A stretch of 64,000 nt of DNA from Owenia fusiformis. Taxonomy: Eukaryota. Every line of letters starts with the position of its first letter. Positions within the stretch are counted from its first letter, which is position 1. The notes below the pieces were generated by a model. That model saw only the letters and a list, made by a program, of their open reading frames with translations. It searched no databases and was not told the DNA's origin. The stretch lies in the NCBI GenBank assembly GCA_903813345.2, contig CAIIXF020000001.1, forward strand, positions 3,906,001 through 3,970,000. The letters are read 5' to 3'. Position numbers and translations under genes: made by a program. Shown here piece by piece: positions 22,856 through 44,246 of this stretch.

Positions 22856-25290
22856 TCATAGTTTCACAAGCATAGGAGGCACTAAAGAGTCAGCTTTGTC
22901 TTTTCCTTGTAAGGTTTCCACAATTTTGAGAGCAAATTCAAATGATGTTCCTGGCCCCCTACTTGTGATGATATTGCCATCTTTTACCACTCTCTCTTCA
23001 CTGTATTTGTAGTCTGAAACATTCATTTAGAATTGGTATATAATGTTCTTTTATGGCCTCTAGCCATGGTCAAACAGAGCAATGTATACATACTCGGTAA
23101 TAAAACTGGGAAGGCAATTAAAATTAAATTAAAATTAAATTCTTTATTTTACTTGAAAATGATAAGCCTAGTAGTAAATACATGTAAGCATTTGATTTTG
23201 ACATAAATCATGTTTTTTTAAATTTGAGATATACACGCATTAGACAAATAATGTGATACTTTAGACTGAGTTCCTTTATGATGGCTGATGTTACTAACCT
23301 TTGACTAAGGTGTCCTTGACAGCTGGATGAGATGTTACACTGGAACCCTTCGCAATATCATGTTTGGCCAAAACTATTGGGGCTGAAAAAACAATTAGGG
23401 ATATTTCGAAAAAATGTAAGCAATAAATAATTTGTACCCATACAACTAAACTAAAAGATGATATTATTTTACTACAGTAGTACTAAGTAGTAAGTAAATC
23501 TGAAATGTTTATGGTGAAAATGTGATTCATTCTCATATTGGCAAGCTCAAAGGATTGATGATGATATTTACCTGCACATACAGCTGCGATTGTACGACCT
23601 GCTTTCTCCTGGTTTTGTAAAATCTCCTTCACCTTTTCTGACTTGAATAGAGAGAAAATGCCAAAAATAAACTTAAATATTTATTTCTCTAACATTTTGT
23701 TGGCCCATCTACCACAATGAAATCCCCATAATAATTTCTGAATCTGCATTGGATAATACAGGCATCGAGGGGACTGGGGTATGAGAAATTTTAGGAGTTC
23801 AAAGCAGCAGTTTGTCATCATAATCCATTATCTGCAAAATTTCCCAGTTATAAAGACTTTTAAAATCTAATAGCTCTCTCATCGAAAGATGCCTCAGAAC
23901 TTACCTCAGCCATTGCTTTAGCACCACCATTTCCACCAGGCAAGACCACTACATTATAGGTTGTGCCACCCGCCAATGCCTTCTCAAGACTGGTATCAGG
24001 CACTATGACAACACCACGACTGCATTTCACAGGATCTACTCCACTAAGGCCTGCAAGGGTCACATTGATCTGAAATACACAGTTTAACATTATTCTGTAA
24101 TTACATGTACTTCATCCAGTATTTGACACAAATTGTAAACATTCACTTTCCAATACAACCGTGACAATATTAAAAACTGTAACATGTTTTGTAACAACAG
24201 ATTCAATGTTAAATAATGAAACAATGTCTGGTACAACCGTGACAATGTTAAAAAGTGTAACACTTTTTGTAACAACAGATTCAGTGTTAAATAATGTAAC
24301 AATGTCTGGTACAACCGTGACAATGTTAAAAAGTGTAACACTTTTTGTAACAACAGATTCAGTGTTAAATAATGTAACAATGTCTGGTACAACCATGACA
24401 ATGTTAAAAAGTGTAGCACTTTTTGTAACAACAGATTCAGTGTTAAATAATGTAACAATGTCTGGTACAACCGTGACAATGTTAAATGATGTAACAATGT
24501 CTGGTGAAACCGTGACAATGTTAACAATGTAATAATGTAATAATGTAACAATTAGTAACAATATCTGGTACAACAGTGACAATGTTAAAATTTGTAACAT
24601 GTTATGTAACAACAGACAACATGACAGGATGCATATAACATAGTTTGGTTGGTAACCCTATACTGTTACAATCTCGACAGTTTCCAATAATGTAACATTG
24701 TTTGCATGATAATGTAAAATAATGTAACACTATCTGCCTGTCTGTTACAATATCTGCAATTTCAATGTTTCAATGTTTTATTCAATGTAACACTGGCTGT
24801 TACAATTGTGGCAATGCTAAAGAGTGTTACGCTGTCGGTAACAACAGTAACAATGTTACTTAATGTATCATTGTGTAGTACATAGCTAAGGTTGTGGCAG
24901 AAAATTATAACTAGGCACAGTTGCGCCAGATTTCGACAGATATTTGTTAACATTGCCACGGTTGTACTTGTACCAGATGGAATCCTGCATTTGATTGTAT
25001 GTGGCCATAGCTTTACTAACTTAGAGTGCACATGATCCCATGTATGCCTAACTATCTGAAATATACAAAAGTTATTTTTCCATATAATGTTGCAATGTTC
25101 TTCTTCACGTATGTCATCTCTGAACCCCCCTCTTGTCTTAGCCAGCCAAAAAGTAAAAATAACAAAAAAACAGACAGTCCCAAAAGTGTCTTTATAAGTT
25201 TATCACCTCTCCACGCCTCATGACATCAACTGCAATTATTGTTTCCATCTCTTCAGCGCCCTCTGCAAGGATTACTAATGCAGACGCCAT
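22856..25290 (-). CDS. PARK7: Protein DJ-1 / Parkinson disease protein 7 homolog, 186 aa, 5 coding exons
   Basis: Minus-strand exons 25290-25207, 24069-23905, 23641-23572, 23382-23299, 23013-22856. Translation [53 protein letters not shown]...VVVLPGG...IAAVCAAP...VTSHP...[30 protein letters not shown]; equivalents of Glu18, Cys106 and His126 are present. Confidence 0.96.
24150..24960. repeat. Minisatellite (78-bp unit made of 39-bp halves) with a degenerate inverted continuation, in PARK7 intron 1
   Basis: GTACAACCGTGACAATGTTAAAAAGTGTAACACTTTTTGTAACAACAGATTCAGTGTTAAATAATGTAACAATGTCTG repeats about 4.5 times, then TGTTACAAT/TGTAACA-type motifs occur in both orientations. Confidence 0.85.
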
Positions 25291-25415
25291 AGTGAACTGA
25301 ATAATTTCAGCCAAAACTTAAAATAGAAAGCTAAGAAAGCTGACTCTAATGAATGACCTTGACCTTTTGAACATCTAACGAGTAACAACTTTCACAAGAG
25401 TTCTTGATAACATTC

Positions 25416-25827
25416 GAGTCGGGGCAATCTGCGCGAGATTCGGTTTTTACTTGGTTCGGTTTTTCATTAAAGGAAGTACTTCATTCCCATGATTCAAAGT
25501 GCTTTTCTGCCATCGGTTCGGTTTAAGTTTGTACAACATACGTCTACAACTCCGGGGCAGGTTGATATTATGTCATTACATTTGTTTTGGTGCATACTTT
25601 TTGTTTTGACAATAAACAAAAATATTCCCACACTATATGGTGCATCATGGGTAGGGACTGCTGTGAAAAAATGAACGTAAGTGACATCTATCTCAAATTA
25701 AATGTTCCTATAAGTTATTAATTGCGCATGCGTTATAATAATTTGAACCAATTAAATTGCTGGATTTATTGCGCATGCGCTAAAAACCGAACCAAAAAAT
25801 GGAATCTCGCGCAGATTGCCTCTAGTG
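25416..25827. mobile_element. TIR element with 8-bp TSD (hAT-like) inside the PARK7-LRRC40 bidirectional promoter
   Basis: GGCAATCTGCGCGAGATTC..TTGGTTCGGTTTTT versus AAAAACCGAACCAA..GAATCTCGCGCAGATTGCC; TAACATTC flanks both sides (25408-25415, 25828-25835). Confidence 0.65.
25723..25780. promoter_or_regulatory. Two NRF1/EWG-type motifs flanking a CCAAT box; candidate bidirectional promoter core
   Basis: TGCGCATGCG 25723-25732, CCAAT 25748-25752, TGCGCATGCGC 25770-25780, between divergent ATGs at 25290(-) and 25907(+). Confidence 0.5.
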
Positions 25828-25906
25828 TAACATTCTTGTAACATTGTTATCAATCATTCTGGATATACTTGGCTACGTTTAATGGACCACTTCTTTACGA
25901 TAAGAC

Positions 25907-33712
<7,806 letters not shown>

Positions 33713-34197
33713 TATGACATCTCTAAATGCCAATGATTATATGAAACATTTAATAATTCATGTAAAGAACTTTTTCCTGGATATTATTCTTTTACCAGAA
33801 AACCCACATTTGATAAAATAATGAATTGATTTGATAAAATGTAAATATTATGTGATGAAAATATATGATAAGGCTTTTGTTGAAAGTATTTCCAAAATAA
33901 TGTTCATAACATTCATGACCTGGAGTACTTGTTTTATCCTCTATCTTTTCAAGATGAATGACTAAACACATCCGTACACTGTACATCTGAGGAAATAAAT
34001 ACCATTTAGGTATATTATATTATGAGCACAATTGCAGTATTTTTTTGGATTATAGAGACAGTTGGCCTTTATCAATTTCATATCTTTGTGCAGATAGTTA
34101 CAATGCAGCAGTTAGAAATTCTTCATATAAAGCCAAACACATTTTGCCATACCTAGGGCTTTTTCAATTATCAATTTATAAACAATTGTTCATCTTC

Positions 34198-34529
34198 AGG
34201 CCTCCTAGACTTCCACTAACGCGATCAACTTGCGAACTATGTTCCTTCGGAAGTTCCAACCGAACCACGGTTCTCGCAACGCGAATATTGATTCTTTAGT
34301 CGGGGAAACATCAGTTCCTCACTCTCGCACCAATCCCACATGGCGAACGACAGTTTTGTTTTTCGCAAGGTGGAACTCCGTTCGCAAGTGGATTAATATG
34401 TTTGGGAGAGTGGATTAGTATTTATTAAGTATTTATTCGCGTTGTGAGAACCGTGGTTCCGGTGGAATGAACGCAGTTCGCGAGGTCGGAACTGATGATC
34501 GCCACTGATGGAAGAGTCTAGGAGGGCTT
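34198..34529. mobile_element. MITE-like element
   Basis: AGGCCTCCTAGACTTCCA versus TGGAAGAGTCTAGGAGGGCT; internal GAACCACGGTTCTCGCAACGCGAATA versus TATTCGCGTTGTGAGAACCGTGGTTC. Confidence 0.65.
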
Positions 34530-35467
34530 ATCAACACATTGTAATATCTAGACTGTCAATAGACATAGGTAGGAGTAGGTTCAGATACCTTTCGGTTGAG
34601 AAAAATCGGAAAGGGATCCCCGCGATAAAAATCTCCCGGCGAGTGCGGCGACCGTACGTCTGATAATCGGCCGATGGTGCCCGACAATCGTCCGGCACCC
34701 GTACGATACTCGGTCCAGAATTGAAAACCAAATGTTACCAAGCATTACATGCAAACCAATATGCATTCCAAAGTGATACATGTACATCTTACGGTTGGGG
34801 GTTGGTTTTTTCCATAGGTAGCCTCAACACAGGGTGAGAGGAAAATGTAAAAGCCCGACCATATTTGTAACCTTAAATTATTCATATGCTTCGAGTTTGA
34901 ACACATGCTAATCGTGTGATCGAATTCAACGTTTTTTAGCCATTTTGTTCATTTCATTTTTTTGACCACCCTGTATTTTCATACTGCAGTAGCCTACTGA
35001 ACATAATGAATATGTAATGTACGTGTATGAAGCCCCAATTGTTATTGGTTACCCGGCCAAGTACTGTATTCCGACTTCCGACGTATTCTGACTTGACCCA
35101 AGTTTATTTTGTGTTAACTTGTTTTATCAAAAACACTCGATACTTTAATTTTCGATTTACCATTCAATTATGTTTCTCGAAGAGATGAATGAATATTTTT
35201 ATCGGTTGGGTCTCAATATCACAAATATGCCCCACTTTTGATAAAACGGACCTCAATTTCAATAATGAGCTCACATTTGAAAAGGCCTTTAAAGGCCTAT
35301 AGTATTCATAATATTAAACTTCGATATACAGAGAATATTAGAGGGGGGGGGTGATTTACTCGCCGCGAGTGTTCTGGGCTATCTAAGTATTCCGACTCTT
35401 GCATGCAGTTTATTTATTTTCAAATGCACTTGGTACATGTCTCCAATATGAATCATAATAGTCATTG

Positions 35468-36400
35468 TTTTCGGCTCACACAGTGAGCCTATGGGATCGA
35501 CCAGGCGTCCGTTGGCCCGTCCGTCTGTCAACATTGGCCGCACAAATTAGAACTACTATTCGGATTGAGTCATATCCACATTCATTTTACGCATATCCAT
35601 AATGCCTATTTGACGACCTATCATCGCCATTTCCCAAGTTCGCCCGGTTTCCGAGAAATTGCTGATTTTGACGTCAAAAAGTCAAATTTTCTGTAAAAAC
35701 TAGACACTTTGTTGAAGTAGAACTTTAAATTAACTTGTAGTAGTTGCTGTATATGCAACTTATGTCCTCTGAAGATTCCAAAGCTCTTGGAATTAGTTTT
35801 TGATGTTTAATTTGACAAAAAGTAGGACTTCATTAGGAGTAGGAGTCATTTTCAGGAAACTTTCTCATGTATAAAGTCAATGGCAGGTTTTGCGATTGAC
35901 ACGTTTCTCAAAGTTTGCCTTATACTTAATCATTTCTTGCAATGAATTACATCGAGATTTAAGCATTCCCTACATATTGCTCAATATATGTCAGCATCAA
36001 ATTTCAATAACCGTTTTTGAGATATTTGACGTCAAGAAACAGTAAAAATAAGTTATTTTTCAACTTGCTTCAATTTGACCAATTTTTTTTTTGAAAATCA
36101 TCTACATGTTGCCAGGAGTTCAAATCTGACATTAGTTTTAGGATTTGAGTTGATTTTTCAAATTGATTTTTGGATGTAAATTTTGGTCAGCTTTATCACA
36201 AAAGACTTTACTGAGCTCTGAATAAGTAAAATTTTCAAGGTCAAATGTCATCAAACTAGGTCACACAACTGTGCTATCTAAGTTTCTCAAAGTTCGAGAC
36301 TACAAATCCAAATCAATATTTTTGTTTGAGTCAGGATATACATTCCTCTGAAGGTTCGGACTTCCAAACTGTGTGAGCACAGGACCGTGGGTCCTTTATT
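35468..36400 (+). mobile_element. Helentron-associated non-autonomous element (HINE/DINE-1-like)
   Basis: T-rich start, subTIR GCTCACACAG plus adjacent IR TGAGC, (CGTC)-type microsatellite, 3' subTIR CTGTGTGAGC, stem-loop AGGACC-GTG-GGTCCT, T-rich end. Confidence 0.65.
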
Positions 36401-36864
36401 TTTATTTTATTCGAAAGATGGTTCCTTTCATTCTGGTTCACTTTACCAACTTGTAAAAGTTTCGATACGCGACATCATATTATGGAGAAACGATGTCAAT
36501 TTTTCCTTATTATAGTACCCCGGACAGGTTGTATGATGCAGTCGTTTTTTTACTCTATATTTGCAACAGAACAACCATTCTTATTAAAATTTTCATATTT
36601 TATTCTGGAGACAATTTCCAACATGGAAAAAAAATATTTTAACGAAATTCCCAATTTTATGATTTTGACGGACTTTTTCCCAAAACACTACACTGTCAAT
36701 AAAATACAGGTTTTTGCTTGAACAATTGAACTTTTAACGTAATTTAAAATATTGTCTGGCTATTGAATTTTCGGCCGCCTAAAGTCTTTCCAGATATGAC
36801 TGTTGCCATATTAATAATTATGTCTGATTAATGATATTCACTTGAGTAATATTCAATATTATTA

Positions 36865-37267
36865 CAGTGCATTAGGCCAATAAAATGATAAAAACTTGTT
36901 GCTCTGGGTCTAGTTTTGTGAAGTGTTCCCTAGATTGAGCCCAGATAGAGGATGTCAATCTTCTTGTCCACGGACATGAGTTCAACCCGTTCAAACTGTT
37001 CAATACTGTCCAAAATGAAGTAAAACATTACGAATCTCGAATTTCAAGTATTCTTGGCATTAGATCCTTCAGAGATGTTAATATAGCTGTGTCAAATGTT
37101 ATCATGAAATTATCAGGGAGACCTGACATTTTAAAAGCATGGTACAATTTACGTGCCACAGGCTTGCATGCTGAGTGACGGTGGCGGAAAAACCCAGTGG
37201 AGAAAAAGGTGCGTTTTCAGAGGAAACGTGACTCAGAGTGACAAGTTTTTATTGGTCTAATGCACTG
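36865..37267. mobile_element. Tc1/mariner-type MITE with TA TSD
   Basis: TA|CAGTGCATTAGGCCAATAAAA...TTTTATTGGTCTAATGCACTG|TA. Confidence 0.75.
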
Positions 37268-37308
37268 TAATAATGTTAGCCCTATTGAATATGACAAAAA
37301 TGAATAAC

Positions 37309-40300
37309 AACTAGACATGTAAATTGAACAAGTTCAATTTAAGACTCCAGATTTAATTCTTTTTTTAAGCTGAGTCATCCAGAATACTTGTAAGCTGAGT
37401 CATCCAGAATAAGCTGATCGAGTCAGCTAGAATTTAGACATTTAGACAACTCTCCATTTTTTATCTTCGACTCCATTGGCTTAACATGGGGATATCATCA
37501 TATCGACTTTTCGAGACTTCAAACCGCTATAACTATCTAACCAGAAGTAAGATTGTATTTTGGTTTAAAGATTCGGACTCCTGAGAAAATTCTACCCTTA
37601 ATTCATAACTCATACATTAAATTTGGAGATTTTTTTATTTTGACCTACTTTTTGGACACCATATCTCAAAAGTGGGTCAAAATACTTTCTGACGGCAAAA
37701 GGCTATCACTATAAGCACACTCTTTGCTACCTGTATACAAAATTTCGAAGCAAATCATTAAAGTGTAATGTCAGAATCGCAAAAATAAGGAAAATTATGA
37801 ATTTGCCCTAGATTTTGACCTTGGCATTTTGGTGTCCAAATTTTAAAGCTAGATAGCCTTCGAGGTCCCCTTCTTTTAAAGGCTTTCAGAATGTTAAGCT
37901 GTACTCAGTCTATATCTGGTATTTTAGACTTCAAAAAAATCTTTTTCCCTATTGACATAACATGGGGCACCAAATTTAGCAATTTTTGAGCTTTCAAACG
38001 CTATAACTTTCAAACAGAAAGTCGGATCGAAATTTGGTTTGCAGATTCAGATTCCTCAGAAAATTCTATCCTTATTTCATAACTCATATGCTAAATTCGG
38101 AGAACTTTTATTTTGACCTACTTTTCGGACACCATATCTCAAAAGTGGGTCAAAATACTCTCTGACGGCAAAAGGCTAACACTATTAGCACACTCTTTGC
38201 TACCTGTATACAAAATTTTGAAGCAAATCCTAAAAGTGTAGTGCCAGAATCGCAAAAATAAGGAAAAACTATGAATTTGACCTAGATTTTGACCTAGGCA
38301 TTTTGGTGTCCAAATATTGAAACTAGGTAGCTTTTGAGGTCCCCTTCTTTTATAGGAATTCATTATCTTAAGCTGTACTCAATCTATATCTCGTATTTTA
38401 CACTTCAAAAAAATCTTTTTTCCTTGACTTTCTATCAGGATAACATCAGATCGATTTTTCTCGAAATTTCAAAACGCCATAACTTTCAAACCGGTAGTCG
38501 GATCGAAATTTGATTTAAAGATTCGGATTCCTGACAAAATTCTACCCCTTATTCATAACTCATACGTTAAATTTGGCGAATTTTTATTTTGACCTACTTT
38601 TAGGACACGCCATTACTTTGGAACTGGAAGTCGGATCGACATTTGGTTTGCAGATTCGGATTCCTGAGAAAATTCTACTCTTAATTCATAACTCATACGT
38701 AAAATTTGGAGAATTTTTTATTTTGACCTACTTTTCGGACACCATATCTCAAAAGTGGGTCAAAATACTCTCTGACGGCAAAAGGCTAACACTATAAGCT
38801 CACTCTTTGCTACCTGTATACAAAATTTCGAAGCAAATCCTAAAAGTGTAGTGCCAGAATCGCAAAAATAAGGAAAAACTATGTATTTGACCTAGATTTT
38901 GACCTAGGGATTTTGGTGTCCAAATTTTAAAGCTAGTTAGCCTTCGAGGTCCCCTTCTTTTATAGACTTTCAGAATCTTAAGCTGTACTCAGTCTTTATC
39001 TGGTATTTTACACTTCAAAAAAATCTTTTTTCTCATTGACATAACATGGGGCACCAAAATTAGCGATTTTTGAGCTTTCAAAACGCCATAACTTCCCAAC
39101 GAAAAGTCGGATTGAAATTTGGTTTGCAGATTCGGATTCCTGAGAAAATTCTACCCTTAATTCATAACTCATAAGTTAAATTATGAGAAATTTTTATTTT
39201 GACCTACTTTACGGACACCATATCTCAAAAGTGGGTCAAAATACTTTCTGACGGCAAAAGGCTCTCACTATTAGCACACTCTTTGCTACCTGTATACAAA
39301 ATTTTGAAGCAAATCCTAAAAGTGTAGTGCCAGAATCGCAAAAATAAGGAAAAACTATGAATTTGACCTAGATTTTGACCTAGGCATTCTGGTGTCCAAA
39401 TTTCGAAGCTATGTAGCTTTTGAGGTCCCCTTCTTTTATAGGCATTGAATATGTTAAGCTGAACTCAGTCTATATCTTGTATTTTACACTTCGAAAAAGC
39501 CTTTTTTCCCATTGACTTAACATAAGCACCAAATTTAGCGATTTTTGAGATTTCAAAACGCTATAACTTCCGAACCGGAAGTCGGATCAAAATTTTGTTT
39601 GCAGATTCGGATTCCTGAGATAATTCTACACTTATTTGATAATTCACACGTTGAATTTGGAGAACTTTTTATGTTCTGACCTACTTTTCGGACGCCATAT
39701 CTCAAAATCGGTAAGAGTAATCAAAAAACGGTTTGCCTTACGGAATTAGCTTTTTTTCTAAGGAACATGATGAAAAAAACCCGGAGCGAAAATACCAAAG
39801 GACGACTGAGAAAACTTGTGAAATAGCAAAAAGAGACGATTTGACCTAGTTCTTGACCTATGACCTAGATAAACATTTGACCTAATTTCCCAGAAACTAG
39901 AACTCATTACCTAGTTGACTATGTTAGCAGATTTTAGGAAGTCCCTCTAGTTGCTGAGAAAACGCGGAAAGAAAGAAAAATAATAATAATAATAATAACT
40001 AGATTTTGGAAATTGAACGAAGTTCAATTTCAGACTCCAGATCTAGACTTTTTTTTAGCCGAGTCATCCAGAATAAGCCGAGTCATCCAGAATAAGCTGA
40101 GTCATCTAGAAAGAGATGGATAAATAAAATAGGAAGGTAGGATAGGATAGAATAGGAAAGAACGATAGGATAGAATAAGAAAGAAGGATAGGATAGAATA
40201 GAATAGGAAGAAAGGATAGGATAGGATAGGATAGGAAGGAAACGATATGAAGGAAGGATAGATAGGAAGGATAGGGTAGGATGAGATAGAAAGGATGGAT

Positions 40301-43300
40301 GAATTTTTCAATATTTTCTTCTCTACTCTTGACTTTCTATGAGGATACCATCAGATCGATTTTTCTTGAAATTTCAAAACGTCATAACTTCCGAACCGGA
40401 AGTCGGATCGAAATTTGATTTGCAGATTCGGATTCCTGACAAAATTCTACCCCTAATTCATAACTCATACGTTAAATTTGGAGATTTTTTATTTTGACCT
40501 ACTTTTCGGACACGCCATAACTTCCGAACCGGAAGTCGGATTGAAATTTGGTTTGAAGATCCGGATTCCTGACAAAATTCTACCCTTAATTCATAACTCA
40601 TATATTAAATTTTGAGAACTTTTTATTTTGACCTACTTTTCGGACACCATATCTCAAAAGTGGATCAAAATACTTTCTGACGGCAAAAGGCTAACACTAT
40701 TAGCATATTCTTGGCTACATGTATACACAATTTCGAAGAATATAATTAAAGTGTAGTGTCAGAATCGAAAAAATAAGGAAAACCTATGAATTTGACCTAG
40801 ATTTTGACCTAGGCATTTCGGTGTCCAAATTTTGAAGCTAGATGGCTTTTGAGGCCTCCTTCTTTTAAAGGCTTTGATTATATGAAGCTGAACTCAGTCT
40901 TTATTCCGTATTTTTCACTTCAAAAAAATATTTTTTCCCATTGACTTAACATGGGCACCAAATTTAGCGATTTTTGAGTTTTCAAAACGCCATAACTTCC
41001 GAACTGGAAGTCGGATCGAAATTTCGTTTTCAGATTTGGAATCCTGAGAAAATTTCCTATAAGACTAATATCCTGGACATTTGATTCGGAGAACTTTTTT
41101 TTGGACCTCGTTTTCGGACAATGATATCTCGAAATCGGTTTGAGATATCAAAAAACTAAATCGACCCTAGGTTTCCTACTTTTTTATAAGGAACACAATG
41201 AAAAAAAACCGGATCAAAAATATTGAAGGATGACCGAGAAAATCGAAAAAAGTGACAAAGTACTGGATTTGACCTAGTTCTTGACCTTTGACCTAGATAA
41301 AAATTTGACCCAATTTCCAGAGAACTAGATACTGAACCTAAATTGACCAAATGATTGACTTTACTGAAGACCTTATGGTTATTGAGAAAACTGGGTTAGA
41401 ATAATAAGAAGAAGAATAACTAGACATGTAAATTGAACAAGTTCAATTTAAGACTCCAGATTTAATTCTTTTTTTAAGCTGAGTCATCCAGAATACTTGT
41501 AAGCTGAGTCATCCAGAATAAGCTGATCGAGTCAGCTAGAATTTAGACATTTAGACAACTCTCCATTTTTTATCTTCGACTCCATTGGCTTAACATGGGG
41601 ATATCATCATATCGACTTTTCGAGACTTCAAACCGCTATAACTATCTAACCAGAAGTTAGATTGTATTTTGGTTTAAAGATTCGGACTCCTGAGAAAATT
41701 CTACCCTTAATTCATAACTCATACATTAAATTTGGAGATTTTTTTAATTTGACCTACTTTTTGGACACCATATCTCAAAAGTGGGTCAAAATACTTTCTG
41801 ACGGCAAAAGGCTATCACTATAAGCACACTCTTTGCTACCTGTATACAAAATTTCGAAGCAAATCATTAAAGTGTAATGTCAGAATCGCAAAAATAAGGA
41901 AAATTATGAATTTGCCCTAGATTTTGACCTTGGCATTTTGGTGTCCAAATTTTAAAGCTAGATAGCCTTCGAGGTCCCCTTCTTTTAAAGGCTTTCAGAA
42001 TGTTAAGCTGTACTCAGTCTATATCTGGTATTTTAATCTTTTTCCCTATTGACATAACATGGGGCACCAAATTTAGCGATTTTTGAGCTTTCAAACGCTA
42101 TAACTTTCAAACAGAAAGTCGGATCGAAATTTGGTTTGCAGATTCAGATTCCTCAGAAAATTCTATCCTTATTTCATAACTCATATGCTAAATTCGGAGA
42201 ACTTTTATTTTGACCTACTTTTCGGACACCATATCTCAAAAGTGGGTCAAAATACTCTCTGACGGCAAAAGGCTAACACTATTAGCACACTCTTTGCTAC
42301 CTGTATACAAAATTTTGAAGCAAATCCTAAAAGTGTAGTGCCAGAATCGCAAAAATAAGGAAAAACTATGAATTTGACCTAGATTTTGACTTAGGCATTT
42401 TGGTGTCCAAATATTGAAACTAGGTAGCTTTTGAGGTCCCCTTCTTTTATAGGAATTCATTATCTTAAGCTGTACTCAATCTATATCTCGTATTTTACAC
42501 TTCAAAAAAATCTTTTTTCCTTGACTTTCTATCAGGATAACATCAGATCGATTTTTCTCGAAATTTCAAAACGCCATAACTTTCAAACCGGAAGTCGGAT
42601 CGAAATTTGATTTAAAGATTCGGATTCCTGACAAAATTCTACCCCTTATTCATAACTCATACGTTAAATTTGGCGAATTTTTATTTTGACCTACTTTTAG
42701 GACACGCCATAACTTTGGAACTGGAAGTCGGATCGAAATTTGGTTTGCAGATTCGGATTCCTGAGAAAATTCTACTCTTAATTCATAACTCATATGTAAA
42801 ATTTGGAGAATTTTTTATTTTGACCTACTTTTCGGACACCATATCTCAAAAGTGGGTCAAAATACTCTCTGACGGCAAAAGGCTAACACTATAAGCTCAC
42901 TCTTTGCTACCTGTATACAAAATTTCGAAGCAAATCCTAAAAGTGTAGTGCCAGAATCGCAAAAATAAGGAAAAACTATGTATTTGACCTAGATTTTGAC
43001 CTAGGGATTTTGGTGTCCAAATTTTAAAGCTAGATAGCCTTCGAGGTCCCCTTCTTTTATAGACTTTGAGAATCTTAAGCTGTACTCAGTCTTTATCTGG
43101 TATTTTACACTTCAAAAAAATCTTTTTTCTCATTGACATAACATGGGGCACCAAAATTAGCGATTTTTGAGCTTTCAAAACGCCATAACTTCCCAACGAA
43201 AAGTCAGATTGAAATTTGGTTTGCAGATTCGGATTCCTGAGAAAATTCTACCCTTAATTCATAACTCATAAGTTAAATTATGAGAAATTTTTATTTTGAC

Positions 43301-44246
43301 CTACTTTACGGACACCATATCTCAAAAGTGGGTCAAAATACTTTCTGACGGCAAAAGGCTCTCACTATTAACACACTCTTTGCTACCTGTATACAAAATT
43401 TTGAAGCAAATCCTAAAAGTGTAGTGCCAGAATCGCAAAAATAAGGAAAAACTATGAATTTGACCTAGATTTTGACCTAGGCATTCTGGTGTCCAAATTT
43501 CGAAGCTATGTAGCTTTTGAGGTCCCCTTCTTTTATAGGCATTCAATATGTTAAGCTGAACTCAGTCTATATCTTGTATTTTACACTTCGAAAAGGCCTT
43601 TTTTCCCATTGACTTAACATGGGCACCAAATTTAGCGATTTTTGAGATTTCGAAACGCTATAACTTCCGAACCGGAAGTCGGATCAAAATTTTGTTTGCA
43701 GATTCGGATTCCTGAGATAATTCTACACTTATTTGATAATTCACACGTTGAATTTGGAGAACTTTTTATGTTCTGACCTACTTTTTGGACGCCATATCTC
43801 AAAATCGGTAAGAGTAATCAAAAAACGGTTTGCCTTACAGAATTAGCTTTTTTTCTAAGGAACATGATGAAAAAAACCCGGAGCGAAAATACCAAAGGAC
43901 GACTGAGAAAACTTGTGAAATAGCAAAAAGAGACGATTTGACCTAGTTCTTGACCTTTGACCTAGATAAACATTTGACCTAATTTCCCAGAAACTAGAAC
44001 TCATTACCTAGTTGACTATGTTAGCAGATTTTAGGAAGTCCCTCTAGTTGCTGAGAAAACGCGGAAAGAAAGAAAAATAATAATAATAATAATAATAATA
44101 AGAAAACTGGCAAAAGCAATAGACTCCAGATGAAATCTGGAGTCTAATAAGAAAACTGACGAAAACAATAGACTCCAGATTTCATCTGGAGTCTAATAAG
44201 AAAACTGGCAAAAGCAATAGACTCCAGATGAAATCTGGAGTCTAAT
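37309..44246 (-). mobile_element. Three nested Helentron-like (HINE) elements with internal satellite arrays (~475-bp monomer, ~136-bp sub-repeat)
   Basis: Left ends AACTAGA..AAATTGAAC-NN-GTTCAATTT..AGACTCCAGAT at 37309, 39997 and 41418. Three stacked 49-bp right ends with hairpin TAGACTCCAGAT-NNN-ATCTGGAGTCTA at 44100, 44149 and 44198. Monomer marker CTCAAAAGTGGGTCAAAATACT repeats throughout. Copies 1 and 3 are nearly identical (ORFs 38139/42236 and 38573/42670). Confidence 0.8.
40108..40300 (+). repeat. Degenerate purine-rich (GGATA)n microsatellite inside the middle nested element
   Basis: GGATAGGATAGAATAGGAAAG... run; it explains the spurious YPIL-rich ORF 40102-. Confidence 0.85.

Noticed and set aside
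24090-24612. Three overlapping 123-166 aa repetitive ORFs (mucin/antifreeze-like)
   Set aside because: Translation of a 78-bp intronic minisatellite whose length is a multiple of 3; open on both strands, with no signal peptide or splice context.
38139-43546. Repeated 74-aa ORFs as a tandem gene family
   Set aside because: They are frames through satellite monomers inside the nested elements; present on both strands, and other monomers are interrupted.
44100-44246. Three 49-bp hairpin-containing repeats resembling a CRISPR array
   Set aside because: No unique spacers, no cas genes, and a eukaryotic context; better explained as stacked termini of the nested Helentron-like elements.
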